Of a DNA stretch of 64,000 bases, positions 52,958-61,547 are shown one piece after another; positions within the stretch are counted from its first letter, which is position 1; every line of letters starts with the position of its first letter. The notes under the pieces were generated by a model. That model was given only the letters and a program-made list of their open reading frames with translations. It was not told where the DNA came from and searched no databases. The DNA comes from a virus (lineage: Duplodnaviria > Heunggongvirae > Uroviricota > Caudoviricetes): IMG/VR virus record IMGVR_UViG_3300045450_000050, positions 71,343-135,342 of that record, one strand, 5' to 3'. Position numbers and translations under genes: made by a program.

Positions 52958-53509
52958 CTATGCCTCCTGAACCCAGAGTTCGTAGCCGCCAGATCCGTTC
53001 GACTTGTACCACAGCGCCGGTCCCGAGGTTGTGGGCGCGACAGTGCCTCCCACGAAGACCTGCTGCGGAGCAGTGATGGGCTGGGGCGTGACGTTGCCTC
53101 CACCGGACACGGGCACGAGAAGCGCGATGTCCTGTGCTGAACTGCTCGGCACCGCGATGTCGAGCTGGGGGAAATCGACGATCTGACCGTTCAAGGACAG
53201 CCGGAACGTCACACGGTAGACCCAGCCCGTAGGCGAGGTTGGTCCGTTCGTGGCGACCAGATACACACCCTTGACGCCGTTGAGCGAGAGGTCTCCCGCG
53301 GCGTCGAGCGTGGTCACGATAGGCGTAGGCGCGATGATCGTAGGCGGGGTCGAGCCCAGAACCTTCACGGGCCCGACGAGCGGAGTGAACGTGACGGTTC
53401 CCTCCATGGGCAGCACGTCAGGGTACTCGCCGGAGTCCCCGCTGTCGGCAACGATGGCTGCGAAACGTCCGGTCACCCGTCCGTACGCCAGTCCTGGCAT
53501 GTCAGCCAT
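52958..53509 (-). CDS. minor tail-like protein (183 aa)
   Basis: Track ORF; beta-rich, Pro/Thr-rich. Confidence 0.7.
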   Translation of the reverse strand: MADMPGLAYGRVTGRFAAIVADSGDSGEYPDVLPMEGTVTFTPLVGPVKVLGSTPPTIIAPTPIVTTLDAAGDLSLNGVKGVYLVATNGPTSPTGWVYRVTFRLSLNGQIVDFPQLDIAVPSSSAQDIALLVPVSGGGNVTPQPITAPQQVFVGGTVAPTTSGPALWYKSNGSGGYELWVQEA

Positions 53510-53554
53510 AGGGGCTCCTCTGTCAGGCCTACCTCAATATCGGGAGTATCGGAC

Positions 53555-53869
53555 TTAGGACTTCCGTCGCCGCGCTAGCCGAACGATTCCCGTCGTCACC
53601 AGGACGATGATGCCGACAGCGAGGAAGCCCACGATGTACGGCGTGAGCGGGGCGACATGATGCAGCGCCGACTCTTCGTTGGGGAAGATGCCCGGCGAAT
53701 CAGGACGGGGCCAGTGGTGGTCTGTGGGCGCGTGAGACACTTCCTGGCTAGTCCCTGCGGCCTTGTGCATGAGAGTCGTCGGGGAACCCGCATGCGCCGT
53801 CACCGAGCCCGCGAGCGCGAGGGAGATGCCGAGAAGAGATCCCAGCACCATGTTGGTGACGGCTCTCAT
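53555..53869 (-). CDS. secreted/membrane-anchored protein (signal peptide + C-terminal TM, RRRKS tail)
   Basis: Track ORF 53555..54049 trimmed to ATG 53869 because its 5' part overlaps tRNA genes. Confidence 0.55.
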   Translation of the reverse strand: MRAVTNMVLGSLLGISLALAGSVTAHAGSPTTLMHKAAGTSQEVSHAPTDHHWPRPDSPGIFPNEESALHHVAPLTPYIVGFLAVGIIVLVTTGIVRLARRRKS

Positions 53870-53912
53870 GTCCTGAGTATCGGACTTCAGTCCGCATGCG
53901 ACAGAATACGAA

Positions 53913-53989
53913 GTGGTAGCGCTCCAGGGACTCGAACCCTGACTGGCGTGCACCTCATGCACGTGCCTCTTCCATTGGGCTAGAGCGCC
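53913..53989 (-). tRNA. tRNA with anticodon GAG (Leu?), class I shape, CCA encoded
   Basis: Anticodon loop AUGAGGU; short variable loop, unusual for Leu. Confidence 0.5.
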
Positions 53990-54063
53990 GTACCCCTCCC
54001 CGGATTCGAACCGGGAACCTCCGCGCCCTGAACGCGTCGCCTCTACCATTTGGGCTAGAAGGG
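53990..54063 (-). tRNA. tRNA with anticodon CAG (Leu?), class I shape
   Basis: Anticodon loop UUCAGGG. Confidence 0.45.
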
Positions 54064-54076
54064 CTCACTGTGTTGC

Positions 54077-54150
54077 GTGGACAACGCCGGAGTCGAACCG
54101 GTCAACCTCTCGTGTTTCAAACGAGCGCTCTACCAACTGAGCTTGAAGTC
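54077..54150 (-). tRNA. tRNA-Phe(GAA), two acceptor-stem mismatches (possible pseudo-tRNA)
   Basis: Anticodon loop UUGAAAC; U5-U68 and U6-U67 mismatches. Confidence 0.5.
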
Positions 54151-54152
54151 CG

Positions 54153-54237
54153 TGGTGCCAGAGGAGGGAGTCGAACCCTCACAGCCGAAGCGGGTGATTT
54201 ACAGTCACTTGCCCTCGCCAATGGGACGGTGCCCTGA
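54153..54237 (-). tRNA. tRNA-Tyr(GUA), class II, CCA encoded
   Basis: Anticodon loop CUGUAAA; variable arm with UUCG loop. Confidence 0.55.
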
Positions 54238-54257
54238 CATATGTATTCAGTTGTTGC

Positions 54258-54330
54258 GTAGAGCGTGCGGGATTCGAACCCGCGCTGTTGGCGTGAAAAA
54301 CCAATGACCTAGGCCGCTAATCGAACGCTC
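54258..54330 (-). tRNA. tRNA-Glu(UUC)
   Basis: Anticodon loop UUUUCAC. Confidence 0.55.
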
Positions 54331-54331
54331 C

Positions 54332-54402
54332 GTAGCCCACGAGGGTTTCGATCCCTCGACATCAGATTGAGAATCTGACGTGTTCCCATTACACCAGTGG
54401 GC
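54332..54402 (-). tRNA. tRNA-Glu(CUC)
   Basis: Anticodon loop UUCUCAA; T-loop AUCGAAA. Confidence 0.65.
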
Positions 54403-54418
54403 CATGTTCAGTTGTTGC

Positions 54419-54491
54419 GCGAACCTGACGGGTTTCGATCCCGCTACCTTCCGCTCGACAGGCGGATGCTCTCCCAATTGAGCTACAGGTC
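54419..54491 (-). tRNA. tRNA-Asp(GUC)
   Basis: Anticodon loop CUGUCGA; T-loop AUCGAAA. Confidence 0.7.
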
Positions 54492-54569
54492 CATGGGGTG
54501 GATGACGGGTACTGCCCCCGCTACAAGCAGTTCCACAAACTGCTGCCTCGCTTTTCGGCCTCAAACACC

Positions 54570-54641
54570 GTACGGATGGGGAGGATCGAACTCCCGGTCT
54601 CCTGATCCCAAATCAGGCGGCATACCGCTTGCCTACACCCG
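54570..54641 (-). tRNA. tRNA-Pro(UGG)
   Basis: Anticodon loop UUUGGGA; A1:U72. Confidence 0.6.
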
Positions 54642-54656
54642 TATATTGAATTGTCC

Positions 54657-54707
54657 TGTACGCGAAGACGACCCCCCGGATATCTCCGAGGGGTCGTCTT
54701 CGCGTAC
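54657..54707. terminator. 18-bp perfect hairpin at the edge of the tRNA cluster (terminator or processing signal)
   Basis: GTACGCGAAGACGACCCC-N15-GGGGTCGTCTTCGCGTAC. Confidence 0.4.
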
Positions 54708-54777
54708 GCGCGCTTCAGACCCCCCGGATGGGCTCCAGGAGGTAATCGAAGTGCTCGAACGTGTTCATGCTCTGACC

Positions 54778-54927
54778 TTATGACGCGAGTAGCTGCGGTG
54801 TCAAGTCAACATCCGCATGAGCTGTCTCCTGATGCTCCAGGAGGGCCCACAGACCCGATGGCTGGCCGTGCAGAGTGCCTTCGTCGATGAAGACCTCGCC
54901 GCACCAGCAGGCGCGCTCTGTGCCCAT
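54778..54927 (-). CDS. small Cys-containing hypothetical protein (49 aa)
   Basis: Trimmed from track ORF 54778..55032. Confidence 0.35.
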   Translation of the reverse strand: MGTERACWCGEVFIDEGTLHGQPSGLWALLEHQETAHADVDLTPQLLAS

Positions 54928-54931
54928 GGGC

Positions 54932-55138
54932 TCAGATGTTGGGGGTGGTGTGAGTCGAGATGAAGTGGTCCTCCAGGAGATCCACTGCGGCGCTCTTGGT
55001 GCCTGCGACCTGAAGGGTGTCGCAGAGCGCACACTGAGCCTCCCAGCCCAGCTCCTCGTCCTTGGTGACGGTGCCGAGATCTACGTCGACCTCTCCCACC
55101 TCGGCGTGGACGGTTCCCTGGCGATTGACGCTGACCAT
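54932..55138 (-). CDS. small hypothetical protein (68 aa)
   Basis: AAGGGAG RBS before ATG 55138. Confidence 0.5.
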   Translation of the reverse strand: MVSVNRQGTVHAEVGEVDVDLGTVTKDEELGWEAQCALCDTLQVAGTKSAAVDLLEDHFISTHTTPNI

Positions 55139-55210
55139 GATGGCTCCCTTGGCTCGGGAGGAGTATCGGCGCATGCAGAAGGGCCCCAGATCTCTCTGAG
55201 GCCCTTCGTT

Positions 55211-55283
55211 GCAGGGGGTGCAGGATTTGAACCTACGCCTATCGGGTTGGAGCCGAGCGTCTTTGGCCGCTGAACTAACCCCC
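55211..55283 (-). tRNA. tRNA-Trp(CCA)
   Basis: Anticodon loop CUCCAAC; perfect acceptor GGGGGGU/ACCCCCU. Confidence 0.65.
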
Positions 55284-55334
55284 CAGATGGCACCGTGGTT
55301 CGATCCGACGAAAGATGACCCCCACGGTGCTCGT

Positions 55335-55416
55335 AGCCGTCTCGGGACTCGAACCCGAACGAGGCGAACCCCTACGCATTTTGAGTGCGCTCTGTCTACC
55401 CATTCCAGCAGACGGC
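55335..55416 (-). tRNA. tRNA-Leu(CAA), class II
   Basis: Anticodon loop CUCAAAA; variable arm with UUCG loop; perfect acceptor stem. Confidence 0.65.
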
Positions 55417-55427
55417 CGATGAAGACG

Positions 55428-55643
55428 TTACTTGTGATCGAACACCCACGTCAAGCCAGCCCGGAGCACTCGCGAGCGGGTGTTCTTCTCGGCGCGCTGG
55501 TCGCTGTCGGTGTTGTGGATGGGCATGGAGGTCTTCCCGTCCGGGAAGTAGACCATCCAGCCCCCTGATGCCGTCTCGCGGACGGTACAGCCCTGCTTCT
55601 CCAGGTCTGTGATGATGATTCGGTTGCGCTTGGTCTTAGCCAT
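55428..55643 (-). CDS. HicA/YcfA-like mRNA-interferase domain protein (71 aa)
   Basis: ITDLEKQGCTVRETASGGWMVYFPDGKTSMPIH...RVLRAGL resembles the HicA fold pattern. Confidence 0.5.
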   Translation of the reverse strand: MAKTKRNRIIITDLEKQGCTVRETASGGWMVYFPDGKTSMPIHNTDSDQRAEKNTRSRVLRAGLTWVFDHK

Positions 55644-55836
55644 CGTCGCGCCCCCGCCGACGCAGGATCTCGTAGACGATGGCCATGGGGATGACCGCCA
55701 CGATGCCGAGCACGATGGCCCCGCCGTAGCGCTCCTCATTGACGTGCTGCAAGATCATGAAGACCAAGACGGCCCATGCGGCGACACTCACCCAAAGGGC
55801 GGTACGCGCTACCGTCTTGCTCTGATCTTCGGACAT
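55636..55836 (-). CDS. small membrane protein (66 aa)
   Basis: AAGGAGA RBS; two TM helices; 8-nt overlap with the HicA-like gene. Confidence 0.6.
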   Translation of the reverse strand: MSEDQSKTVARTALWVSVAAWAVLVFMILQHVNEERYGGAIVLGIVAVIPMAIVYEILRRRGRDDG

Positions 55837-55913
55837 GCTGATTCTCCTTGTGGTTGACCGCCCCCTCAGACGTTAGCAGGTAACGCGCACAAATGCGAGC
55901 TAATTCGCGAACT

Positions 55914-56369
55914 CTACACCGACTCGGACTTCTCGTCGGTGGCTTCGAGATAGAAGGGAGGTCGGTTGTTGGGATCAGTCAGCTCCTTTGGACCGGCCTC
56001 CGGGTTGACGTATGACCCATTCGGAGTGCCGCCATAGACGATGTACTTCCACTGTGTCTGATCGAAGTCGTGGCCTCCCGGAAGGCGGCGCGCCTCCGTG
56101 TGGTACTTGTCGTGGTGCTCCTCCCACACGCTCAGTCGCTCGTCCTCGTCCGTTAGGAGCGTGATCAGGCGCTGAGTGAGGGCCACAGCGTTGGGAGACT
56201 TCTCGCGGATGTACATCGTCTCCTGCACCCCCTCCAGGCGGAAGTGCACGTCGATGAGATACCAGGGGTGGTCGTCCCAGTTCTCCTTCCAGGACTTCAT
56301 GCCCCAGGCCAGGTTCTCGTCGACATGGATGAGTTCCATGTCGAAATCGACAGATACGAGCTTGGTCAT
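55914..56369 (-). CDS. hypothetical protein (151 aa)
   Basis: Trimmed from track ORF 55914..56798 to MTKLVSVDFDM... Confidence 0.65.
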   Translation of the reverse strand: MTKLVSVDFDMELIHVDENLAWGMKSWKENWDDHPWYLIDVHFRLEGVQETMYIREKSPNAVALTQRLITLLTDEDERLSVWEEHHDKYHTEARRLPGGHDFDQTQWKYIVYGGTPNGSYVNPEAGPKELTDPNNRPPFYLEATDEKSESV

Positions 56370-56554
56370 GCTGCTCTCTCTTTCACCTTCGCGATGATGT
56401 CGTGCTGATCGGCCTCCGTGTGAGCACACGCTGCGCGTGGCCACGGGGTGCCGTCGATGAGGCACTTCCACTTCGGGTCGAAGGCGTGCTTCGCCTGCTT
56501 GACGCGCTTCTCGATCTGGGCCCACTGGGCTCGCGAGATGTGGTGGGTGCTCAT
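56366..56554 (-). CDS. small hypothetical protein (62 aa)
   Basis: ATGA overlaps. Confidence 0.5.
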   Translation of the reverse strand: MSTHHISRAQWAQIEKRVKQAKHAFDPKWKCLIDGTPWPRAACAHTEADQHDIIAKVKERAA

Positions 56555-56823
56555 GCTGATTCGATCTCTCCTCGCCGGGGCTCGATCTCGGGCTGATCGT
56601 CGCCTGGCATCTGATCCTTCCATATCCGACCCCCCGTGAAAGGCCCGGATACGGTGAGTGTTTGAGAGTACCCAGGCCTTCCCAGGATGGGTCCGAAAAT
56701 GTCGACGAGGGGCTCCACCTCCATCTCCAGCGTGACGGGCTCGTGCATGGCATAGACCATCCTCGTGCCGTCTGTGAACTCGGCCACAAGAGCGGCACGT
56801 TTCAGGTGAGCGAACTGCTTCAT
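56551..56823 (-). CDS. hypothetical protein (90 aa)
   Basis: Trimmed to MKQFAHLKRAAL... Confidence 0.55.
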   Translation of the reverse strand: MKQFAHLKRAALVAEFTDGTRMVYAMHEPVTLEMEVEPLVDIFGPILGRPGYSQTLTVSGPFTGGRIWKDQMPGDDQPEIEPRRGEIESA

Positions 56824-57023
56824 CACGGCAGATGCTCCCTCACCGTCGTAATCACCTGTGTCTGGCGCTCCCACCAGCCCTCTTCCCCGTCGTGGCCTCT
56901 GGGCTCCGTGTACGGGCCCATGGTCACGAACGGCGCGTGGAACCAATAGGTGACCTTGGCTCCAGACGAATACACAGACACCGCCTGTTCCGGTCGAGTC
57001 TGCGGAACCATCAGAAGCGACAT
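56823..57023 (-). CDS. hypothetical protein (66 aa)
   Basis: Trimmed to MSLLMVPQTRPE... Confidence 0.5.
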   Translation of the reverse strand: MSLLMVPQTRPEQAVSVYSSGAKVTYWFHAPFVTMGPYTEPRGHDGEEGWWERQTQVITTVREHLP

Positions 57024-57214
57024 CAGACTTCCTTCACCGACTGGGTCCAGCGCGCCGTGATGCTGCCCTGATCTCGGTCCTGCGGTCGGTCGGCAGAGGT
57101 GTAGGCCACGCTGACCTTGGCCATCGGCGGGACCGTCCTCAGCCAATTCGAGATGTCACCCGCCGTCGTGCGGATGTCGACGTTCAGCGTGGTCTGCATG
57201 TCCTGCGTAGCCAC
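57023..57214 (-). CDS. hypothetical protein (63 aa)
   Basis: Track ORF. Confidence 0.55.
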   Translation of the reverse strand: MATQDMQTTLNVDIRTTAGDISNWLRTVPPMAKVSVAYTSADRPQDRDQGSITARWTQSVKEV

Positions 57215-57450
57215 TACTTCGACACCCTCCGGTACTCGCGCTTCAGCGTCTGGAAGCTGAGCTTGCCGCGCCGACTAACGACGAGCTTGTTGCCGTCATC
57301 GGTGACCACGACGTAGCGGTACAGGGGGCCACGCACTTCGTGGTTGGCGAGGATGCCGAGGATCTTGATGCGGCGGTTGTCGTAGCGGTTGTCGGTGCTC
57401 AGGAACGTCTCCCCGACGTTCTCGTCGGGCTCCTGGTAGATCTCTGCCAT
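57214..57450 (-). CDS. hypothetical protein (78 aa)
   Basis: Track ORF. Confidence 0.65.
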   Translation of the reverse strand: MAEIYQEPDENVGETFLSTDNRYDNRRIKILGILANHEVRGPLYRYVVVTDDGNKLVVSRRGKLSFQTLKREYRRVSK

Positions 57451-57459
57451 GTCGTCCTC

Positions 57460-58083
57460 CTAGACGAGTTCTGCGGCCTTGCGCACCCAGGCCTGGATGC
57501 GCTGTGCCTCTTTGAGGTGGGCGTTCACGTCGTCCCAGGCGCGGTGCGTCTTGTTGCCGTCGCGAGAGGACTCGGGCAGCGGGTTGACGACCGGCTGGTT
57601 GAAGTTGAACGTGGTCAGTCCACGCCGGAGCGAACCGATGTCGATCTCGGCGTAGTGCAGCCAACGGGAGAACATCGGCATCTTCACGTCGATGATCGGG
57701 TGATCGAAACGGGCGACTCCTGAGCCTGCGATAGCGAACTCGCCGGGGTCGTACGCGGTCTTCTCCTGGAACATCTTGTGGATCTGAGCGTCCAGCTCCT
57801 CCAGCGTCAGAGCATCCGGGCTCTTGACGCAGTCGCGGACGAGGTGGTTGGCCATGTGCATCTCGCGCACGAAGTCGTTCTTCTTCAGCGCTGCTCCCGC
57901 CTCGGGCGTCATGCGGACGACCTCGTGATAGCCAGTGATGGGCTGAAGATCGAGATCCGTCACGAGCACCGCGACTTCCAGCATGTGAAGATCGCGGTAG
58001 TCCATGATCCCGTCGCCGGGTTCCGGCAGGCCCGTGGTCTCCAGGTCCACCCAGGCGAGAGCGTTGATGGGCTTATGCGCCAC
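57460..58083 (-). CDS. DnaQ-like DEDDh 3'-5' exonuclease
   Basis: AGGAGG RBS then GTG 58083; Exo I motif ALAWVDLETTGL; Exo III-like H-x4-D (THRAWDDVNAHL). Confidence 0.75.
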   Translation of the reverse strand: MAHKPINALAWVDLETTGLPEPGDGIMDYRDLHMLEVAVLVTDLDLQPITGYHEVVRMTPEAGAALKKNDFVREMHMANHLVRDCVKSPDALTLEELDAQIHKMFQEKTAYDPGEFAIAGSGVARFDHPIIDVKMPMFSRWLHYAEIDIGSLRRGLTTFNFNQPVVNPLPESSRDGNKTHRAWDDVNAHLKEAQRIQAWVRKAAELV

Positions 58084-58417
58084 CGTTGGCCTCCTCGTAC
58101 TGAGCGACGATCTCCTGGGAGATTCGACCGCGATCAGCGACGGCGATGTCGTTCTCCCCCGCCCACTCACGAATCTTCCAGGCCGGAGTCCCCTGACGCT
58201 TGTAGCGCTTGTTCTTGGGCGCTCCCGAAGGCGTGTGGAGTCCGATGCGTGCACGCTCCGCGAAGGGACGGACGGCGGCGTCGAGCTTGGCTCGGTTCTC
58301 CGGGCTCAGCTCCATCTCGTAGAGCGCGCCGTCGACCGAGAAGCGTACGGTCGCCACGTCGTCGCTGATCGTGCCGTCGAGGTCGTCGATCATCTGGGTG
58401 GTGGTCCTGGTAGCCAT
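58073..58417 (-). CDS. lsr2: Lsr2-like nucleoid-associated DNA-binding protein
   Basis: C-terminus KIREWAGENDIAVADRGRISQEIVAQYEEANGG matches the Lsr2 RGR DNA-binding motif. Confidence 0.75.
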   Translation of the reverse strand: MATRTTTQMIDDLDGTISDDVATVRFSVDGALYEMELSPENRAKLDAAVRPFAERARIGLHTPSGAPKNKRYKRQGTPAWKIREWAGENDIAVADRGRISQEIVAQYEEANGGA

Positions 58418-58692
58418 CAGTCGGTCTCCATTCCATTGCCGACGACGCGGCGCAATTGTTCGAGGGTGTCGCTGATTCCGGAGCCGTACGAAGCGAGACG
58501 CTTGCGCTCCACGAGAAGCCGCGAAGTCAAGAGGCGAGCGTCACGGATCGTGAGGTCATCCAGACGGTCGCTGCGCTGCCGCTCGTTGAGCGCGAGCAGC
58601 TCCTTGTCTGCCGCAGAGAGCAGATACCCCTCCTTGTCGACGGCTACCTGGATGTGCTCACGATCACGGTCGATGTTGATTCTGCTTGACAT
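58417..58692 (-). CDS. hypothetical protein (91 aa); likely leaderless mRNA
   Basis: ATG immediately preceded by CGTATAACGGGC. Confidence 0.6.
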   Translation of the reverse strand: MSSRINIDRDREHIQVAVDKEGYLLSAADKELLALNERQRSDRLDDLTIRDARLLTSRLLVERKRLASYGSGISDTLEQLRRVVGNGMETD

Positions 58693-58706
58693 GCCCGTTA
58701 TACGCC

Positions 58707-58747
58707 GAATGCCTCGGAGATATCCACACTCCGAGGCATTCTTTTTG
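58707..58747 (+). terminator. intrinsic terminator (plus-strand polarity)
   Basis: GAATGCCTCGGAG-N9-CTCCGAGGCATTC followed by TTTTTG. Confidence 0.5.
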
Positions 58748-58752
58748 ATGCG

Positions 58753-59913
58753 TTACGCGATAGCGCGAATTGCGTAGGGATTCATCGCATTGCGGTCAGC
58801 CCCACGGCCTTCCTCCCAGATCTGCGCCTTCAGAGTGTCGAAGGTCTGGGTGGGGATGGCTCCGCCGATGCGCATCAGCCGGTCGCGGCGGGAGTCGACC
58901 ATGTCGTGATCGTTCGCTGCCTCGGAGATGGCGTTGGTGATGTGGTACAGCGTGGTCTCGGCCGGGTTGTCCATGAGCAGCGACTGGATGTCGTTGCGCT
59001 GGCTGACGGGCACCTTGTACTGCGTGAAGATGTCGCGCAGGATGTCGGACGTGTTGCCCTCGGTGCTGAGCGTCGTCAGGGACTGCACCTGATCGAAGTG
59101 GTGCTCCAGGCCACCCAGGATCTCCTCGACCGTCTCAGCCGCCCAGTCATACACGGTGTCGTTCTGTCCATCCGAGCGCCGGTTCCACACGCCCGACTCG
59201 CTGATCGTGCTCGTGTAGCCGTTGGTGCACCAGTAGCGGAACAGGTACGCCTCCATCGTCGTCTGGGTCTTGCCGACGAGCGAGTTCGACAGGTGCACTC
59301 CGGCGTACCAGAGGTCGTCCTGCCCCTCAGGCACGTCTGCCATCATGCCGTCGTGGATGACGCGATCCGTGGCTGGCGTGATGAGACGGATGTTGGTCTT
59401 CAGGAACGAGTTCGAGAACTTGTAGTCGGCGTAGATCGGCGCGTCCGACCCCTGCGTCTTGCGGATGCCCTCGACCGTGCGCTCCAGGAGCTGGAGGTTG
59501 GAGAAGGGCAGGCGGGTGGCCTTGCCGAACGCGGTGAGGTGTCCGCCCGCGACGAACGCGTTCAGTTCGGTGCCTCCCATGCCCGCGCCGTAGTGCCAGT
59601 TCAGCAGGCGCTCGATGTGCACGGCGGGCACCTTCTTGACGTACGGCGCGAGCAGACCGTGTGCGGCTGCTGCCTGGTTGACGGCCTCCTTGGTCATCTG
59701 GCGCTCGGTGCCGTCGATGGTCATGGTGACCGGCACGAGATCGGTCTTCTCCAGCGCGTCGATCCCCGAGGCCCAGTCGGGCTCCATGTGGAACGAGATG
59801 TCGTTGTCGGCATCGACGTTGATGGTCTCCAGCGGCTCGGTGAGCTGGAGCTGGCGGGTCACGTCGTCGAGGGAGAGGAGCTTGTGGTCGAGGTCGTGGA
59901 TGCTGATGCTCAT
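58753..59913 (-). CDS. hypothetical protein (386 aa)
   Basis: Track ORF. Confidence 0.8.
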   Translation of the reverse strand: MSISIHDLDHKLLSLDDVTRQLQLTEPLETINVDADNDISFHMEPDWASGIDALEKTDLVPVTMTIDGTERQMTKEAVNQAAAAHGLLAPYVKKVPAVHIERLLNWHYGAGMGGTELNAFVAGGHLTAFGKATRLPFSNLQLLERTVEGIRKTQGSDAPIYADYKFSNSFLKTNIRLITPATDRVIHDGMMADVPEGQDDLWYAGVHLSNSLVGKTQTTMEAYLFRYWCTNGYTSTISESGVWNRRSDGQNDTVYDWAAETVEEILGGLEHHFDQVQSLTTLSTEGNTSDILRDIFTQYKVPVSQRNDIQSLLMDNPAETTLYHITNAISEAANDHDMVDSRRDRLMRIGGAIPTQTFDTLKAQIWEEGRGADRNAMNPYAIRAIA

Positions 59914-59925
59914 GATGTCCTGATT

Positions 59926-61194
59926 TCAGATCTCGCGTCGGTTACCGGCGCTGGTGGATTCTTCTGAGGCGAGGATGTCGTCGAGTTCGTCGGACTCTGC
60001 GGCCTCCTCATCGGTGGGACCATCGACGGTGGGCACCACGTGCTTCAGTGCGTCGGCGTTGTCTCTGACGATCTGCTCGGCCATCCCGATCAGCTTCTCG
60101 CGCCACTCGGGGTGCGCATCCGCCGCAGCGAAGACAGCCTTCTCGCCGTGGATGTTCAGGCGATTGGTGCCCGTCTTCTCCCGGTTCATCCACGGCATCT
60201 CAACCTTGTCTTCGAGCTTGTGGAAGTAGAACCGACCCGCCTGGTACGAGACGTACTTGTTGGCGAGCAGGACCTGCATGGCCGTCCAGAAGTTGTCGAA
60301 ACCGCGGCCGTAGCGCACGCGCACGACGGCTTCGCGGTTGGGCGGGAAGGTCTTGTTCTTGACGGTCTTCACGCGTACGTCGGTGGCGACCGGGATCTCC
60401 TTGACCTCCGCCGTCACCGGGTCCGTGTAGGGCCCCTTGTGGGTCTTCACGGGACGGAACTGGAGACGCACCGAGGCGAAGAACTTGATCGACTTGCCGC
60501 CCGGCGTCGTGGTCGGAGGAGGGCCGTAGCTGGCTGGTCCGCCCATGGCCATGACCTCCATCTCGTGGTTGACCATGATGAGCGAGCCCTGGGACTCACG
60601 CAGGATCGGGTTGAGGTTCTGCCCGAACGTGCGCATGAGGCGCGCGGTGATGGCCGGGAGGCTCTTCGAGATGGACTCAGCTTCGGCCTGCGCCGAAGGC
60701 ACCATGCCCGCGACGGAGTCGATGACAGCCAGGCGCAGCTCGCCCGTCTTGAACGCCGCGGTGAGGAAATCCGCGCCCTGCTCCAGGGTGTCGGGCTGGA
60801 AGAGCTGGAACGAAGGGTGCTCGGGGTCCAGACCCAGAGCGACGCAGTAGTCCAGATCCATCGTCTGCTCGTAGTCCGCATAGATGAGCACATCCGTGGG
60901 ACTGATACCCAGCTCCTTCGAGCCGCCCAGCTTGATGATGCGCTGAGCGTTGATGAGGCACTGGGTCGCCAGCGTCGTCTTGCCCGAGGACGGAGGCCCG
61001 TAGAACTCCGCCGTACGTCCGAGAGGCATGCCACCACCGAGAGCCGCGTCCACGCCGATGTTGCCGGTCGAGATGCGGGTGTGGTCGGACACCTTCGTCG
61101 CCATGGTGCCGATGCTGATGTCGTACTTCTTCTCGGCGTTCAGCAGCAGCGTCTGGAGTGGTGAAAGGGCCTTGGTGGTACGTGCAGCGACCAT
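59926..61194 (-). CDS. RecA-family recombinase (RecA/UvsX/RadA-like ATPase)
   Basis: GGGMPLGRTAEFYGPPSSGKTTLATQ Walker A in RecA context; 422 aa. Confidence 0.8.
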   Translation of the reverse strand: MVAARTTKALSPLQTLLLNAEKKYDISIGTMATKVSDHTRISTGNIGVDAALGGGMPLGRTAEFYGPPSSGKTTLATQCLINAQRIIKLGGSKELGISPTDVLIYADYEQTMDLDYCVALGLDPEHPSFQLFQPDTLEQGADFLTAAFKTGELRLAVIDSVAGMVPSAQAEAESISKSLPAITARLMRTFGQNLNPILRESQGSLIMVNHEMEVMAMGGPASYGPPPTTTPGGKSIKFFASVRLQFRPVKTHKGPYTDPVTAEVKEIPVATDVRVKTVKNKTFPPNREAVVRVRYGRGFDNFWTAMQVLLANKYVSYQAGRFYFHKLEDKVEMPWMNREKTGTNRLNIHGEKAVFAAADAHPEWREKLIGMAEQIVRDNADALKHVVPTVDGPTDEEAAESDELDDILASEESTSAGNRREI

Positions 61195-61538
61195 CAGTCC
61201 TCGCCCCCCTGCTCGTCGCGCAGCACGCGCCGGTCGTCGATGTCGACCGCGTAGGTGAAGTGAGTCTTCTCCAGGCGAACGGTGAACAGCACGTCGTGCT
61301 GGGGGCCCGGGACGAGGCGGAGCTTGCGAAGATGCGCATCGAAGGCATCCTGGAACTTCTTCTCACCGTCATCCGCGATGATCTGATCGACGGTCCAGTT
61401 GCCGAACGGAGTGTGAAGAACGCCCCAGCGGGGGAACCAATCGATGGTGCCGTTAGGCCAGCGAACGCCCAACCGCTCGAAGACGGCATCCGCTTCGGAG
61501 TCGTAGTTGTCTGCCTCGCCTAGTGCGATGTACTGCAT
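61194..61538 (-). CDS. hypothetical protein (114 aa)
   Basis: Track ORF. Confidence 0.7.
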   Translation of the reverse strand: MQYIALGEADNYDSEADAVFERLGVRWPNGTIDWFPRWGVLHTPFGNWTVDQIIADDGEKKFQDAFDAHLRKLRLVPGPQHDVLFTVRLEKTHFTYAVDIDDRRVLRDEQGGED

Positions 61539-61547
61539 GGTGACCTC

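Noticed and set aside
53555-54049. Track ORFs overlapping tRNA genes (53555..54049 5' part, 54247..54564, 48354..48536 etc.)
   Set aside because: They are coincident open frames across tRNA sequences. Only the tRNA-free part 53555..53869 was kept.
47900-55500. tmRNA (ssrA)
   Set aside because: I looked for a tRNA-Ala-like acceptor/T-arm pair separated by about 300 nt with a tag reading frame. None was evident.
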